From NCBI GenBank assembly GCA_934424575.1, contig CAKRXU010000008.1, positions 7,179-71,178 on the forward strand: a stretch of 64,000 nucleotides of DNA, written 5' to 3'. Under the pieces are notes generated by a model, which searched no databases, was not told the DNA's origin, and saw only the letters and a program-made list of their open reading frames with translations. Both the position numbers and the translations under genes were made by a program. Shown here piece after piece: positions 28,059 through 38,468 of the stretch. Position 1 is the stretch's first letter. The number at the start of each line of letters is the position of its first letter. The DNA comes from an uncultured Blautia sp. (GTDB lineage Bacteria > Bacillota > Clostridia > Lachnospirales > Lachnospiraceae).

Positions 28059-29458
28059 AGATCCCGAGAATTCTTCTGGCAGCAGGCTCCAGCGGGAGCG
28101 GCAAGACCCTGATCACCTGCGGACTTCTTGAAGCACTGGTGGAGCGCGGTCTTAAGACGGCGTCCTTTAAATGCGGACCGGATTATATCGATCCGATGTT
28201 CCACAGCCGGGTGATCGGGACAAAGTCCCGGAATCTGGACACCTTTTTTACAAAACCAGAGGTGACAAAATATCTCCTGACCCGAAATGCCAGAGACTGT
28301 GAGATCGCAGTCATGGAAGGTGTTATGGGATTTTATGACGGCGTGGCGGGAACTACGACCAGAGCCAGTGCCTATGACCTTGCCAAAGTGACCGATACAC
28401 CGGTCATTCTGATCGTAAACAGCCGTGGGATGAGTGTATCCCTGGCTGCCTATGTCAAAGGTTTCCTTGAATATAAGAAGGACAGTCACATACAGGGCGT
28501 GATCTTTAATCAGATGTCCCCGATGCTCTATCCGAGGATGAAGAAACTTCTGGAGGAAGAACTGGGCATTGCAGTTCTGGGGTACGTTCCGAAGGTTGAG
28601 GACTGTGTGATCGAGAGCAGACATCTTGGTCTGGTCCTTCCGGATGAGATCCCGGAACTGAAAGACAGGCTTCATAAGCTTGCAGGCGTTCTGGAGGAGA
28701 CACTGGACATTGACCGGATCCTGGAACTGGCGGGTGAAGCACCAGATCTTCAGGATACAAAGCCGGAGTCAGTGTCCAATTTCAGACTCTCCGAGCCGGT
28801 GCGTATCGGAGTGGCAGAGGATGAGGCATTCTGCTTTTTCTATGCAGACAATTTCCGTCTTCTGGGCGAGATGGGGGCAGAGATTGTTCCATTTTCGCCG
28901 ATGGAAGATAAGCAGCTTCCAGATAATCTGGACGGGATTTTATTATACGGCGGCTATCCGGAATTAAACGGAAAAAAACTGGAACAAAATACCACAATGA
29001 AAGACATGATACGGGAAAAACTGAAAGCAGGGATGCCGTGTATGGCAGAGTGCGGAGGTTTTATGTATCTTCACGAGGAAATGGAAGGCATGGATGGGAA
29101 CTTCTACCAGATGACAGGAGTGATCCCAGGAAAAGCATACCGCACACCGAAACTTTCCAGATTTGGCTATGTGACACTGACACAGAAAAAGCCGGCTCTT
29201 GGAAAGGAAGATCTCGGAGAGATCCCGGCGCATGAGTTCCACTATTTTGATTCTGAAAACTGCGGCGGGGATTTTCATGCGGCGAAGCCAGAGAGTAAGC
29301 GTGGATGGGACTGTATCCATGGAACGGACACCATGCTGGCTGGTTTCCCACATCTTTATTATTATGGAAATCCCGAAGTACCGAAGGCATTTCTTAAAAA
29401 ATGCCTCGCATACAAAAAACAACGATGTTCCTGCAAGCAGGAAGGTCAGGAAGAGTGA
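28055..29458 (+). CDS. cbiA: cobyrinate a,c-diamide synthase
   Basis: ATG at 28055 in an ATGA overlap with the fusion gene. MKIPRILLAAGSSGSGKTLITCGL, and a C-terminal GATase domain (ECGGFMYL). Confidence 0.95.
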   Translation: MKIPRILLAAGSSGSGKTLITCGLLEALVERGLKTASFKCGPDYIDPMFHSRVIGTKSRNLDTFFTKPEVTKYLLTRNARDCEIAVMEGVMGFYDGVAGTTTRASAYDLAKVTDTPVILIVNSRGMSVSLAAYVKGFLEYKKDSHIQGVIFNQMSPMLYPRMKKLLEEELGIAVLGYVPKVEDCVIESRHLGLVLPDEIPELKDRLHKLAGVLEETLDIDRILELAGEAPDLQDTKPESVSNFRLSEPVRIGVAEDEAFCFFYADNFRLLGEMGAEIVPFSPMEDKQLPDNLDGILLYGGYPELNGKKLEQNTTMKDMIREKLKAGMPCMAECGGFMYLHEEMEGMDGNFYQMTGVIPGKAYRTPKLSRFGYVTLTQKKPALGKEDLGEIPAHEFHYFDSENCGGDFHAAKPESKRGWDCIHGTDTMLAGFPHLYYYGNPEVPKAFLKKCLAYKKQRCSCKQEGQEE

Positions 29459-30435
29459 CAAATGTGATCTATCATACGATAGCCCTGGCAGCAGGGTTTT
29501 TACTTGATCTGATATTTGGAGATCCCAGGTGGCTGTATCATCCGGTCTGCCTGATTGGAAATCTGATCTCCGTTCTTGAAAAGGGAATCCGCAGGATCTT
29601 TCCGAAGACAAATGCAGGAGAACTGGCTGGCGGAGTTGTGGAAACGATTCTCGTCTGTCTGTTTTCCTTTGGCGTGCCGGCTGTGCTCCTGTCTCTTCTG
29701 TACGGACATTTCCCGGTGGCGGGTGTGATCCTGGAGACATTCTGGTGCTACCAGCTCCTTGCGACCAGATCGTTAAAGGATGAGAGCATGAAGGTCTATG
29801 ACCGGCTGGTAAACGGTACGATCGAGGAGGCACGCTATGCAGTTTCCATGATCGTAGGACGTGACACCCAGGAGCTCACCGATACAGGTGTCACAAAGGC
29901 AGCCGTAGAGACTGTGGCAGAGAACTGTTCTGACGGTGTGATCGCTCCGATGATCTATATGGCGATCGGCGGCGCACCACTGATGTTTTTCTATAAAGGG
30001 ATCAATACCATGGATTCCATGCTTGGCTACAAAAATGACAAGTATCTGTATTTTGGAAGATGCAGTGCCAAGCTTGATGATGTGGCAAACTTTTTTCCGG
30101 CAAGGATCTCCGGCTGGCTGATGGTTGCGGCGGCTTTTGTCTGTGGAATGGATGGCAAAAACGCAGCAAAGATCTACCGGAGGGACAGAAGGAACCATGC
30201 AAGCCCGAACTCTGCACAGACAGAGGCGGCAATGGCAGGAGCGCTTGACGTACAGCTTGCCGGCAATGCCTACTATTTTGGCAAATTATACGAAAAACCG
30301 ACGATTGGAGACCCGATCCGCGCTGTGGAACCGGAGGATATCAGACGTTCCAACCGTCTGATGTATGGAACTGCTTTTCTTGGCATTCTGATCTGTCTTA
30401 TCATCCGCATCGCCGTCGGGTTCTGGATCCTGTAA
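29455..30435 (+). CDS. cbiB: adenosylcobinamide-phosphate synthase
   Basis: LLDLIFGDPRWLYHPV is a CbiB/CobD hallmark. The start is uncertain: GTG at 29455 or 29464. The track start at 29401 lies inside cbiA. Confidence 0.85.
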   Translation: MTNVIYHTIALAAGFLLDLIFGDPRWLYHPVCLIGNLISVLEKGIRRIFPKTNAGELAGGVVETILVCLFSFGVPAVLLSLLYGHFPVAGVILETFWCYQLLATRSLKDESMKVYDRLVNGTIEEARYAVSMIVGRDTQELTDTGVTKAAVETVAENCSDGVIAPMIYMAIGGAPLMFFYKGINTMDSMLGYKNDKYLYFGRCSAKLDDVANFFPARISGWLMVAAAFVCGMDGKNAAKIYRRDRRNHASPNSAQTEAAMAGALDVQLAGNAYYFGKLYEKPTIGDPIRAVEPEDIRRSNRLMYGTAFLGILICLIIRIAVGFWIL

Positions 30436-30465
30436 TACCACAACAGGCAGCAAAGGAGAAATGAA

Positions 30466-31542
30466 ATGAAACACGTACATGGGGGAAATATCTATACTTA
30501 CAAAAACTGTCTTGATTTTTCTGCAAACTGTAATCCCCTTGGAACACCGGAGAGTGTCAAGCAGGCAGTCCGGGACAGTCTGGATCATCTCAAAGACTAT
30601 CCGCAGGTGGGATACGCGCCGCTGAAAGAAGCAATCGCTGCCTATGAGGATGTCAAACCGGAACATATCATCTGTGGAAATGGTGCGGCGGAGCTGGTCT
30701 TTTCACTGTGTCATGCACTCAAACCAAAGAAAGCCCTGATCCCGGTTCCGACATTTGCGGAATATGAGCAGGCACTTGAGAGTGTCGGTGCAGAGGTGGA
30801 GCATGTGCTCCTTAAAGAGAATGAGGAATTCCGGATCCAGGATAGTTTTATTGACTGGCTGCACAAAGATCTGGATATGATTTTTTTATGTAATCCAAAT
30901 AATCCGACAGGGATGCTTGCAGACAGGGAATTTCTGTTTAAACTGCTCCGTGTCTGCCGGGAAATGGGAATTTTTCTGGTAGTGGATGAATGTTTTCAGG
31001 ACTTTATCCGGGAACCGGGACAGTACAGTCTCAAGGCGCAGCTTCCGAGATATCACAATCTGTTTCTTCTCAAAGCATTTACAAAGCGTTATGCGATGGC
31101 GGGTGTGCGTCTTGGATATGGAATTACGGAAAATAAGGAACTTCTTGAAAAGATGACGCAGGCTACACAGCCATGGAATATCTCGATTCCTGCACAGGCG
31201 GCAGGAATTGCAGCACTGAAAGAAACAGAATACGTTGAAAAAGCGAGAACTCTGATTTTTGAGGAATCTGAATTTCTGAGCAAAGAATTATACAAACTTG
31301 GAATGGATGTTTTTCCTTCACAGGCAAATTATCTGTTTTTCAAGGGTCCGGAAAATCTTTTTGAGATCTGTGTGGCGCAGAATGTTCTGATCCGCGACTG
31401 CAGTAACTATCCGGGACTTGGTAAGGGATTTTACAGAGTGGCAGTACGTACCCATGAGGAAAATGAGCGTCTGATCCAGGCAATCCATGACGGCCTCATG
31501 GAAGCAAGAAAGAAAGCACAGGAAGAAGAGGGGGAGGAATAA
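30466..31542 (+). CDS. cobD: L-threonine-O-3-phosphate decarboxylase (PLP)
   Basis: 358 aa beginning [10 protein letters not shown]..., with a class I/II aminotransferase fold. Confidence 0.9.
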   Translation: MKHVHGGNIYTYKNCLDFSANCNPLGTPESVKQAVRDSLDHLKDYPQVGYAPLKEAIAAYEDVKPEHIICGNGAAELVFSLCHALKPKKALIPVPTFAEYEQALESVGAEVEHVLLKENEEFRIQDSFIDWLHKDLDMIFLCNPNNPTGMLADREFLFKLLRVCREMGIFLVVDECFQDFIREPGQYSLKAQLPRYHNLFLLKAFTKRYAMAGVRLGYGITENKELLEKMTQATQPWNISIPAQAAGIAALKETEYVEKARTLIFEESEFLSKELYKLGMDVFPSQANYLFFKGPENLFEICVAQNVLIRDCSNYPGLGKGFYRVAVRTHEENERLIQAIHDGLMEARKKAQEEEGEE

Positions 31543-31543
31543 G

Positions 31544-33067
31544 ATGGCAAAAGCGATCATGGTGCAGGGAACGATGTCAAATGCGGGCAAAAGCCTTCTG
31601 GCAGCGGGACTCTGCCGTATCTTTAAACAGGATGGATACCGTGTGGCTCCCTTTAAGTCACAGAATATGGCATTGAATTCCTTTATCACAAAAGAAGGAC
31701 TGGAGATGGGAAGAGCACAGGTCATGCAGGCAGAGGCAGCCGGGATCGAACCGTCCGTCCTTATGAACCCAATCCTTCTGAAACCGACCAATGATGTGGG
31801 TTCTCAGGTCATCGTAAATGGTGAGGTACTTGGCACTATGAGTGCCAGAGATTATTTTAAATATAAGAAAAAACTTGTTCCGGACATCATGAAAGCATTT
31901 GATGCACTTGCGGCAGAAAATGATATCATCGTGATCGAGGGTGCAGGAAGCCCTGCAGAGATCAATCTCAAAAAAGAGGATATCGTAAACATGGGAATGG
32001 CGAAGATGGCCAAAGCACCGGTCCTTCTGGTCGGAGATATCGACCGCGGCGGCGTGTTTGCGCAGCTTTACGGAACCGTGGAGCTTCTGGAAGAAGACGA
32101 GCGAAAGATGATAAAGGGCCTGATCATCAACAAATTCCGCGGGGATAAGACGATCCTTGATCCCGGCGTGGAGATGCTGGAGAGCAAATGCAGGATTCCG
32201 GTTGTCGGTGTCGCACCGTATCTCAACATTCAGGTGGAGGACGAAGACAGCCTGACAGAGCGTTTTGACCGGCCGCAGGAAGTTGGGATGATCGATATGG
32301 CAGTCATCCGTGTGCCGAGGATCTCCAATTTCACAGATTTTAATCCGCTGGAGAGCATACCGGGAGTTTCTCTTCGCTATGTACAGCATCCGTCCGACCT
32401 TAAGAATCCGGATGTGATCTTCCTTCCGGGAACAAAGAATACAATGGATGACCTTAAGTGGCTCCGTGAGAGCGGAATGGAGGCTCTGATCCTCAAGGCG
32501 GCAGCTTCCGGCACCCTGATCTTTGGTGTCTGCGGCGGCTATCAGATGCTGGGCGAGACCTTAAGTGATCCGCACGGTGTGGAAGCAGGAGGCTCCATGC
32601 GTGGAATGGGACTTCTGCCAATGGATACCGTATTTGCGGAGAAAAAGACAAGGACACAGGTTACCGGACGTTTCCTTTCCCTGGAAGGCGATTATGCACC
32701 GCTTAAAGATATCGAATTTACAGGATATGAGATCCATATGGGCGAGAGCACCTGGAAAGAGGGCGCGTCTGCCAGCACCTTTACGAAGGATACCGTGACA
32801 GGAAATGAGAAGAGAGAAGGTACGTTCTACCACAATATCTGCGGTACTTATGTGCATGGAATCTTCGACAAGGAAGAAGTTGCACTCGGTCTCGTAAAAG
32901 CGGTCGGCGACAAAAAGGGAATCGATGTATCCGAGATGGAAGGCGTGGATTTTGCGGCATTTAAGGAGACACAGTATGACATCCTGGCAGCAGAACTGCG
33001 GAAACATCTGGACATGAAAAAAATCTATGAGATACTGGACGAGGGAATCGAGGAGGAAAAAGCCTGA
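31544..33067 (+). CDS. cobQ: cobyric acid synthase
   Basis: ATG at 31544 directly after the cobD stop. [17 protein letters not shown] and a GATase-like C-terminus ([10 protein letters not shown]). Confidence 0.95.
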   Translation: MAKAIMVQGTMSNAGKSLLAAGLCRIFKQDGYRVAPFKSQNMALNSFITKEGLEMGRAQVMQAEAAGIEPSVLMNPILLKPTNDVGSQVIVNGEVLGTMSARDYFKYKKKLVPDIMKAFDALAAENDIIVIEGAGSPAEINLKKEDIVNMGMAKMAKAPVLLVGDIDRGGVFAQLYGTVELLEEDERKMIKGLIINKFRGDKTILDPGVEMLESKCRIPVVGVAPYLNIQVEDEDSLTERFDRPQEVGMIDMAVIRVPRISNFTDFNPLESIPGVSLRYVQHPSDLKNPDVIFLPGTKNTMDDLKWLRESGMEALILKAAASGTLIFGVCGGYQMLGETLSDPHGVEAGGSMRGMGLLPMDTVFAEKKTRTQVTGRFLSLEGDYAPLKDIEFTGYEIHMGESTWKEGASASTFTKDTVTGNEKREGTFYHNICGTYVHGIFDKEEVALGLVKAVGDKKGIDVSEMEGVDFAAFKETQYDILAAELRKHLDMKKIYEILDEGIEEEKA

Positions 33068-33708
33068 TGAAAGTAGAACTTGAAAATGTAAAACCGATGG
33101 ATATCGAGAAGAGAAGCTTTGAGATCATCACGGAAGAACTCGGGGATACCCAGCTGATCCCGGGAACAGAACTGGTGGTGAAACGCTGCATCCATACAAG
33201 TGCAGATTTTGACTATGCCAGAAATCTCTGTTTTTCACCAGATGTCATCGAGAAGGCAATGGAAGCAATCAAAAACGGAGCCTGCATCGTCACAGACACA
33301 CAGATGGCAAAATCCGGTATTAACAAACGTGCTCTTGCCCGCTATGGCGGTGAGGTCTACTGCTTCATGTCTGACGAAGATGTTGCAAAGATCGCAAAAG
33401 AAAACGGAACCACAAGAGCGACAGCCAGCATGGACAAAGCTGCTGCTCTCGATAAAAAGCTGATCTTCGCGATCGGAAATGCACCGACGGCACTGGTGCG
33501 TCTCTATGAACTGATCGAGGACGGCAAACTGGATCCGGAACTGATCATCGGTGTTCCGGTAGGATTTGTCAATGTGGTGCAGTCCAAGGAACTGATCATG
33601 CAGTCCGGAGCACCGTATATCGTTGCAAGAGGACGCAAGGGCGGCAGCAATATCGCAGCCTGCATCTGCAATGCACTTTTGTACATGATCGACAATCGAA
33701 GGGATTAA
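33067..33708 (+). CDS. cbiC: cobalt-precorrin-8 methylmutase
   Basis: 213 aa. Start overlaps the cobQ stop by 1 nt (TGATG). VKRCIHTSADFDY and GNAPTAL motifs. Confidence 0.95.
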   Translation: MKVELENVKPMDIEKRSFEIITEELGDTQLIPGTELVVKRCIHTSADFDYARNLCFSPDVIEKAMEAIKNGACIVTDTQMAKSGINKRALARYGGEVYCFMSDEDVAKIAKENGTTRATASMDKAAALDKKLIFAIGNAPTALVRLYELIEDGKLDPELIIGVPVGFVNVVQSKELIMQSGAPYIVARGRKGGSNIAACICNALLYMIDNRRD

Positions 33709-33757
33709 AGAAAAACACCTGTTCCAGAGAAAAGGAGGGACAGGTGTCAGGTGATCA

Positions 33758-35068
33758 TTATTTATTAAGAAGTTCTTTCAGGAGCCGGCATGCCGGGGCA
33801 AAATCGTCTGCGGGGATCGAGGAACAGGAAAGCAGGAGCGTGATCGTGTCTGCGCCTTCCTCGAGGATCAGCAGATCGAAGCCCTTCATGCGGGTTTCTT
33901 TTTTTAATTCCAGGCCGGTCCGGGCGTAGGAAACCGTCAGTGCGAGGCTTGTTCCGGCGGCACCTGTCTGGATCGTACAGTCATTGCCAAAGGTGTTTCG
34001 CACTTCGTTTTTCAGTTTTTTGAGTTTCTGTGCGTAGAGTTTCTTGAGCTTTTTGGTCTGTGAAGTCAGGTGACCGTCGCGGATAAACTGGCAGAGTGCG
34101 ATCTGCTCGGCCTTGGAGGCAGTCTGGCTGTAGCGGTCTGCGACAGCAGCGTATTTTCTGGAAAGATCCGGCGGCAGGACCATGAAACTTAAGCGGATCG
34201 ACGGAAGCAGCAAACGGGAAAAGGACCCGATATAAACAACTCCATGTCCGCCGGCAAGGTTAAAAAGGGACGGGGTCGGCCGCTGAAAATTGACGAATTC
34301 ATTCTCAAAGTCATCCTCGATGATCAGGCTGCCCTTCTGAGCTGCGTAATGTACCAGTTCCATACGGCGGCTGACCGGCATGATCTCGCCCCATTTGGTC
34401 ATATGGGCAGGAGAAACGTAGATGACATCACAGTCCTTGTTACGGTATCGCACGTCAAAACCATAACCTGCAAAGATCGTGCTTCCCTGCACAAAAGAAG
34501 CATTCGGGAAAGAAACGGACTTTCTGTCCCGGATCAGAGGACAGAGAAGGTTCAGAAGACTCTGCACACCGGCTCCGATCACGATATCATCGGCAGAACA
34601 GTTGACATTCCTGCGCTGTCGGATATAGTCAGCGAGCACCTGACGGAGATCCGCCTCGCCCTGCGGTTCGCCGTAAGAGAGAAGACGGTCACTCTGGCGC
34701 AGCGCACTCTTGATATAACGCTGCCACAGATCGAAGCGAAAGCTTTCCCGGTCGACACCGTTGGAAGCAAAATCATACTGCACCGGCGGAAGATCTGCAT
34801 GCCAGGAAGCGGTGGACACTGGTTTCTGGTCGGCGATACTGGTCACGTAGTAACCGCTCTGGGCACGGGCGACGATATAGCCGTCTGCAGCAAGCTGAAG
34901 GTAGGCATTCTCGATCGTGGTGCGGCTGAGTTTCAGTTCTGTGGAGCATTTACGCAGGGAAGGCATACGGCTTCCGGCAGGAATGCGATGCTCCATGATC
35001 AGATTTTTGTAATGGTCGTATACCTGGAGATACAGGCTTTCTTTGGTGGAATGGAATGCTAGACTCAT
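33758..35068 (-). CDS. pdxR: MocR/PdxR-type regulator (GntR wHTH fused to an aminotransferase-like domain)
   Basis: ATG at 35068 with a GAGGGGA SD. The N-terminal wHTH is LPSLRKCSTELKLSRTTIENAYLQLAADGYI. It has a large fold-type-I PLP domain and is divergent from a pyridoxal kinase gene. Confidence 0.75.
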   Translation of the reverse strand: MSLAFHSTKESLYLQVYDHYKNLIMEHRIPAGSRMPSLRKCSTELKLSRTTIENAYLQLAADGYIVARAQSGYYVTSIADQKPVSTASWHADLPPVQYDFASNGVDRESFRFDLWQRYIKSALRQSDRLLSYGEPQGEADLRQVLADYIRQRRNVNCSADDIVIGAGVQSLLNLLCPLIRDRKSVSFPNASFVQGSTIFAGYGFDVRYRNKDCDVIYVSPAHMTKWGEIMPVSRRMELVHYAAQKGSLIIEDDFENEFVNFQRPTPSLFNLAGGHGVVYIGSFSRLLLPSIRLSFMVLPPDLSRKYAAVADRYSQTASKAEQIALCQFIRDGHLTSQTKKLKKLYAQKLKKLKNEVRNTFGNDCTIQTGAAGTSLALTVSYARTGLELKKETRMKGFDLLILEEGADTITLLLSCSSIPADDFAPACRLLKELLNK

Positions 35069-35172
35069 AAACTGTCCCCTCAAAAATGAATAAAAGTGGT
35101 TATTTTTATAAATACACTTAGGTGCTATTCTAAATCAGAATATGACAAAAAGCAAGACAAGGAGACAATACT

Positions 35173-36039
35173 TTGAAGAAAATTGCAGTTCTCAATGACC
35201 TGTCCGGGATGGGAAAATGTTCCCTGACAGCAGCGATACCGGTGATCTCGGTGATGGGGGTGCAGGCATGTCCGCTTCCTACTGCTATTTTGAGTGCACA
35301 GACCGGTTTTCCGTCTTATTATTGTGATGATTATACAGACCGTATGGATATCCTGATGGATGAATGGCAGAAGATGGATTTTCATCCGGATGGCATTTAT
35401 ACAGGATTCCTGGCCGATGCTGCACAGGCAGACAAGGCAGTGGATTTTATACAGAGATTTAAGAAAAAAGAAACAAAAGTCCTCGTTGATCCGGTCATGG
35501 GTGATGACGGGGAGGAATACCCGATCTATACAGAAGAACTGTGCGAAAAGATGAGAATGCTTGTCAGAGAGGCTGCAGTGATCACTCCGAATATCACGGA
35601 AGCGTTACTTCTTCTTTATGGAAGAGAAAAAATGCATACAGAATGGCAGAAGATTTCTGAATTTTCAGGAGAGGAACTTCTGGGATATGTCCAGACGATT
35701 GGCAGCCTGCTTACAGAGAAATTTGATGTGGAAGCCGTGATCACGGGCATCAGCCATGAAGAAGATGGTGCGAAGTACATCAGCAACCTTATCTGCAAAA
35801 AAGCAGCGCAGACCTGGGTGACAACAAAGAAAGAGGGCGGCAGCTATTCTGGTACGGGAGATCTGTTTGCCTCGATCTTGAGCGCAGGGATGGTCAAGGG
35901 GACTGATACCGCTGCCTCCGTACAAAAGGCGGTGAATTTCCTTACAAAAGGAATTCATGATGCTGTAGAAGAAGGAACAGACCGAAATGAAGGAATCTGT
36001 TTCGAGACTTATCTCTATGAACTTGCAGATGTAAAATAA
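35173..36039 (+). CDS. pdxK: pyridoxal/pyridoxamine kinase (ribokinase superfamily)
   Basis: TTG start with an AAGGAG SD. (M)KKIAVLNDLSGMGKCSLTAAIPVISVMGVQ...DPVMGD...GTGDLFAS. Confidence 0.85.
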   Translation: MKKIAVLNDLSGMGKCSLTAAIPVISVMGVQACPLPTAILSAQTGFPSYYCDDYTDRMDILMDEWQKMDFHPDGIYTGFLADAAQADKAVDFIQRFKKKETKVLVDPVMGDDGEEYPIYTEELCEKMRMLVREAAVITPNITEALLLLYGREKMHTEWQKISEFSGEELLGYVQTIGSLLTEKFDVEAVITGISHEEDGAKYISNLICKKAAQTWVTTKKEGGSYSGTGDLFASILSAGMVKGTDTAASVQKAVNFLTKGIHDAVEEGTDRNEGICFETYLYELADVK

Positions 36040-36128
36040 CAGAAAAATACCCGTCGGTGGTCGCAGTCGATCGATCCGGCGGGCATTTTTTTCTTAAAGA
36101 TTCTTGTAACTGTGAGGGTACTGAACAG

Positions 36129-36860
36129 TTACAGATTCTTTTTCTTATAGATAAACCAGGAGGCGATCCCTGTAAATACCAGAAGGTAAACAAGCAGGAT
36201 CACAATTCCCGAAAATGCAAAGCCTTCACCGGCAGAAATGCTTCGGATCATATGGCTTGTTTGGGAAAGCGGGAGCGCGGCTACAAACTTTCCGATAAAG
36301 CCAGGAAGCTTCTCAGTGGAGAAGAAGGTATTGCAAAGATAAGCCATCGGCATGATGATGTAGTTGGAAAAACGTGGTACATCGGCGTGGTTTTTTGCAA
36401 GGAAAGAAACAACCACTCCGATCGCAGAAAAGACTGCTCCGTTTAAGAACATCACCAGGAAGGACCATCCATTGAAGATCAGTCCTGTGTCGATCGGCAG
36501 AGTCAGGATCAGGATCACACCTCCGGCATAAAATCCACGGAGACTTCCTCCGATGATCTGGCCGGCAATAAACTGCCACAGAGGAGTCGGTGAGATCATG
36601 ACCTGGTCAAATGCTTTTTCGTACAGTCTCTGTACGTTCAGGTTCTGGGCGATCGCATTGAAACTTCCGTTCATAGTCGTCAGAGATACGACACCGGGGA
36701 TCAGGAAATTCAGATAAGGCTGTCCGTGGGACGTTGTCTGGATCCCCATTCCAAATACGACAAGATACATCAGAGGCGCGATCATGGCAGCCAGGGTGAT
36801 CTTGTAGAAATCTCTGCGGAATTCTACCCATTTTTCCCATAAAATCGTTATAATTCCCAT
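36129..36860 (-). CDS. ABC-2-type transporter permease
   Basis: 243 aa with six TM segments and an ABC-2 signature layout. GGGAGG SD, 13 nt after the ATPase gene. Confidence 0.8.
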   Translation of the reverse strand: MGIITILWEKWVEFRRDFYKITLAAMIAPLMYLVVFGMGIQTTSHGQPYLNFLIPGVVSLTTMNGSFNAIAQNLNVQRLYEKAFDQVMISPTPLWQFIAGQIIGGSLRGFYAGGVILILTLPIDTGLIFNGWSFLVMFLNGAVFSAIGVVVSFLAKNHADVPRFSNYIIMPMAYLCNTFFSTEKLPGFIGKFVAALPLSQTSHMIRSISAGEGFAFSGIVILLVYLLVFTGIASWFIYKKKNL

Positions 36861-36873
36861 AATTGACCTCCCT

Positions 36874-37719
36874 TTATGACGGCATCAGATGACGGCCGGC
36901 ACGTTCCACAAATACATCTTCCAGTGTGGTCTCACGAAGAGAAGCCTGTCCCGGGATGCCGGACAGATAATCAATAGCTTCCTGACGGCTGTGGAAATAG
37001 CGGCTGACGGTATTTCCATCCGGTCCGGGCTCATCGATCGTGTAGGCTCCAAGACTCTCGATCAGTGCGGAAGGTGTGCTGACTTCCTCAAGCTTACCGT
37101 GATCCATCAGGGCAACACGGTTGCAGAGGTTCTGGGCTTCTTCCATATAGTGTGTGGTCAGAAGAATCGTCAGGTTTTTGCCGTTCAGCTTGCGGAGAAG
37201 GTTCCACATCTGTCGTCTGGAAAGCGCGTCCATTCCGGCGGTCGGCTCATCCAGAAGAAGGATCTCCGGATCTGTAAGAAGGGCACGGCAGACCATCAGT
37301 TTACGCTTCATACCGCCGGAAAGCTTGCGGACGGTACGCCTGCGGAATTTGATCAGGTCACAGAACTCCAGAAGCTCCTCTGTACGCCGTTTGATCTCCT
37401 TGCGCGGCATAAAATAAAGCCTGCCCTGATATTCCATGATCTCGTCCATGGTCATATCCTGGCGCATGGAATATTCCTGAGTGATCACGCTGATCTTGCG
37501 TTTCAGGTCCGGGCGGTTTCGTTTCAGTGTCTGACCATCGATCAGGATCTCTCCCTTTGTAGGAAGGAGCAGGGTGGACAGAAGACTGATCGTCGTTGTC
37601 TTTCCCGCACCGTTTGGACCAAGAAGACCGAAAAACTCTCCCGTTTCAATCTTGAGATCCAGGGAATCCACGGCTGTGAAATTATCAAATGTCTTGGTCA
37701 GATTTCTGGTTTCGATCAT
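36874..37719 (-). CDS. ABC transporter ATP-binding protein (ABC-2/DrrA-like)
   Basis: Walker A GPNGAGKTT, signature LSGGMKRK, Walker B LLLDEPTAG. The ATG lies 2 nt after the cbiL stop, and the SD AAAGGAG lies inside the cbiL 3' end. Confidence 0.9.
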   Translation of the reverse strand: MIETRNLTKTFDNFTAVDSLDLKIETGEFFGLLGPNGAGKTTTISLLSTLLLPTKGEILIDGQTLKRNRPDLKRKISVITQEYSMRQDMTMDEIMEYQGRLYFMPRKEIKRRTEELLEFCDLIKFRRRTVRKLSGGMKRKLMVCRALLTDPEILLLDEPTAGMDALSRRQMWNLLRKLNGKNLTILLTTHYMEEAQNLCNRVALMDHGKLEEVSTPSALIESLGAYTIDEPGPDGNTVSRYFHSRQEAIDYLSGIPGQASLRETTLEDVFVERAGRHLMPS

Positions 37720-37721
37720 TT

Positions 37722-38408
37722 TTATTTTTTCTCCTTTGCGATGATCAGGGAATAATATCCTGCATCATCCGGAATCTCCTCAACACTTCTGTAAATATGT
37801 TCTTCTGGCATACCGCAGTTTTCGACCATCAGGACGTCACGGTCGCTCTTTGCGAGGATTTCCTTGACCTGGTTCATCTTTTTACCGGATTTCATCAGTA
37901 CATAGTTGCCGGATTCGCTGAGGTCGCTGTCCAGGCGGTGAACAGCCGGCACGATATGAAGCTGCTCATTCCATTCGGAAAGAGAAATGTTCAGGCGGGC
38001 AGCAGCAGCACAGAAAGAAGTGATCCCGCTCACCAGCTCTGTGTGATATCCGTCAGCCTCCACACGGTGCTGCAGATAGGAAAAAGTAGAGTATACACAA
38101 GGATCTCCAAGTGTCAGGAAAACAATGTTTTTGCCCTGGTCGAGATATGCTTCCAGTGTTTTGGCTCCTTTTGCGTGGTTTTCTTCGAGTTCTTTTGCAT
38201 CGTGTGTCATCGGCATGTAGATCGGAAGAAGTTCTTTTTCTGCTAATTCCGGTACAGCCTGAACTGCGATCTTGTAGGCAACGGTTTCCTTAACGTCAGC
38301 TCCCGGTACTGCGATCACCTCATTCTCGCGGATCATGCGGACTGCCTTCAGTGTCATTAATTCCGGATCCCCAGGTCCGACTCCTACGCCATATAATGTT
38401 CCTTTCAT
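37722..38408 (-). CDS. cbiL: cobalt-precorrin-2 C20-methyltransferase
   Basis: 228 aa beginning MKGTLYGVGVGPGDPELMTLKAVRMI. Confidence 0.9.
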   Translation of the reverse strand: MKGTLYGVGVGPGDPELMTLKAVRMIRENEVIAVPGADVKETVAYKIAVQAVPELAEKELLPIYMPMTHDAKELEENHAKGAKTLEAYLDQGKNIVFLTLGDPCVYSTFSYLQHRVEADGYHTELVSGITSFCAAAARLNISLSEWNEQLHIVPAVHRLDSDLSESGNYVLMKSGKKMNQVKEILAKSDRDVLMVENCGMPEEHIYRSVEEIPDDAGYYSLIIAKEKK

Positions 38409-38468
38409 TAGTAAAAAACCTCCTGATATTTAAAAATATTGATTGATATAATTACTCACATTCTTTTT

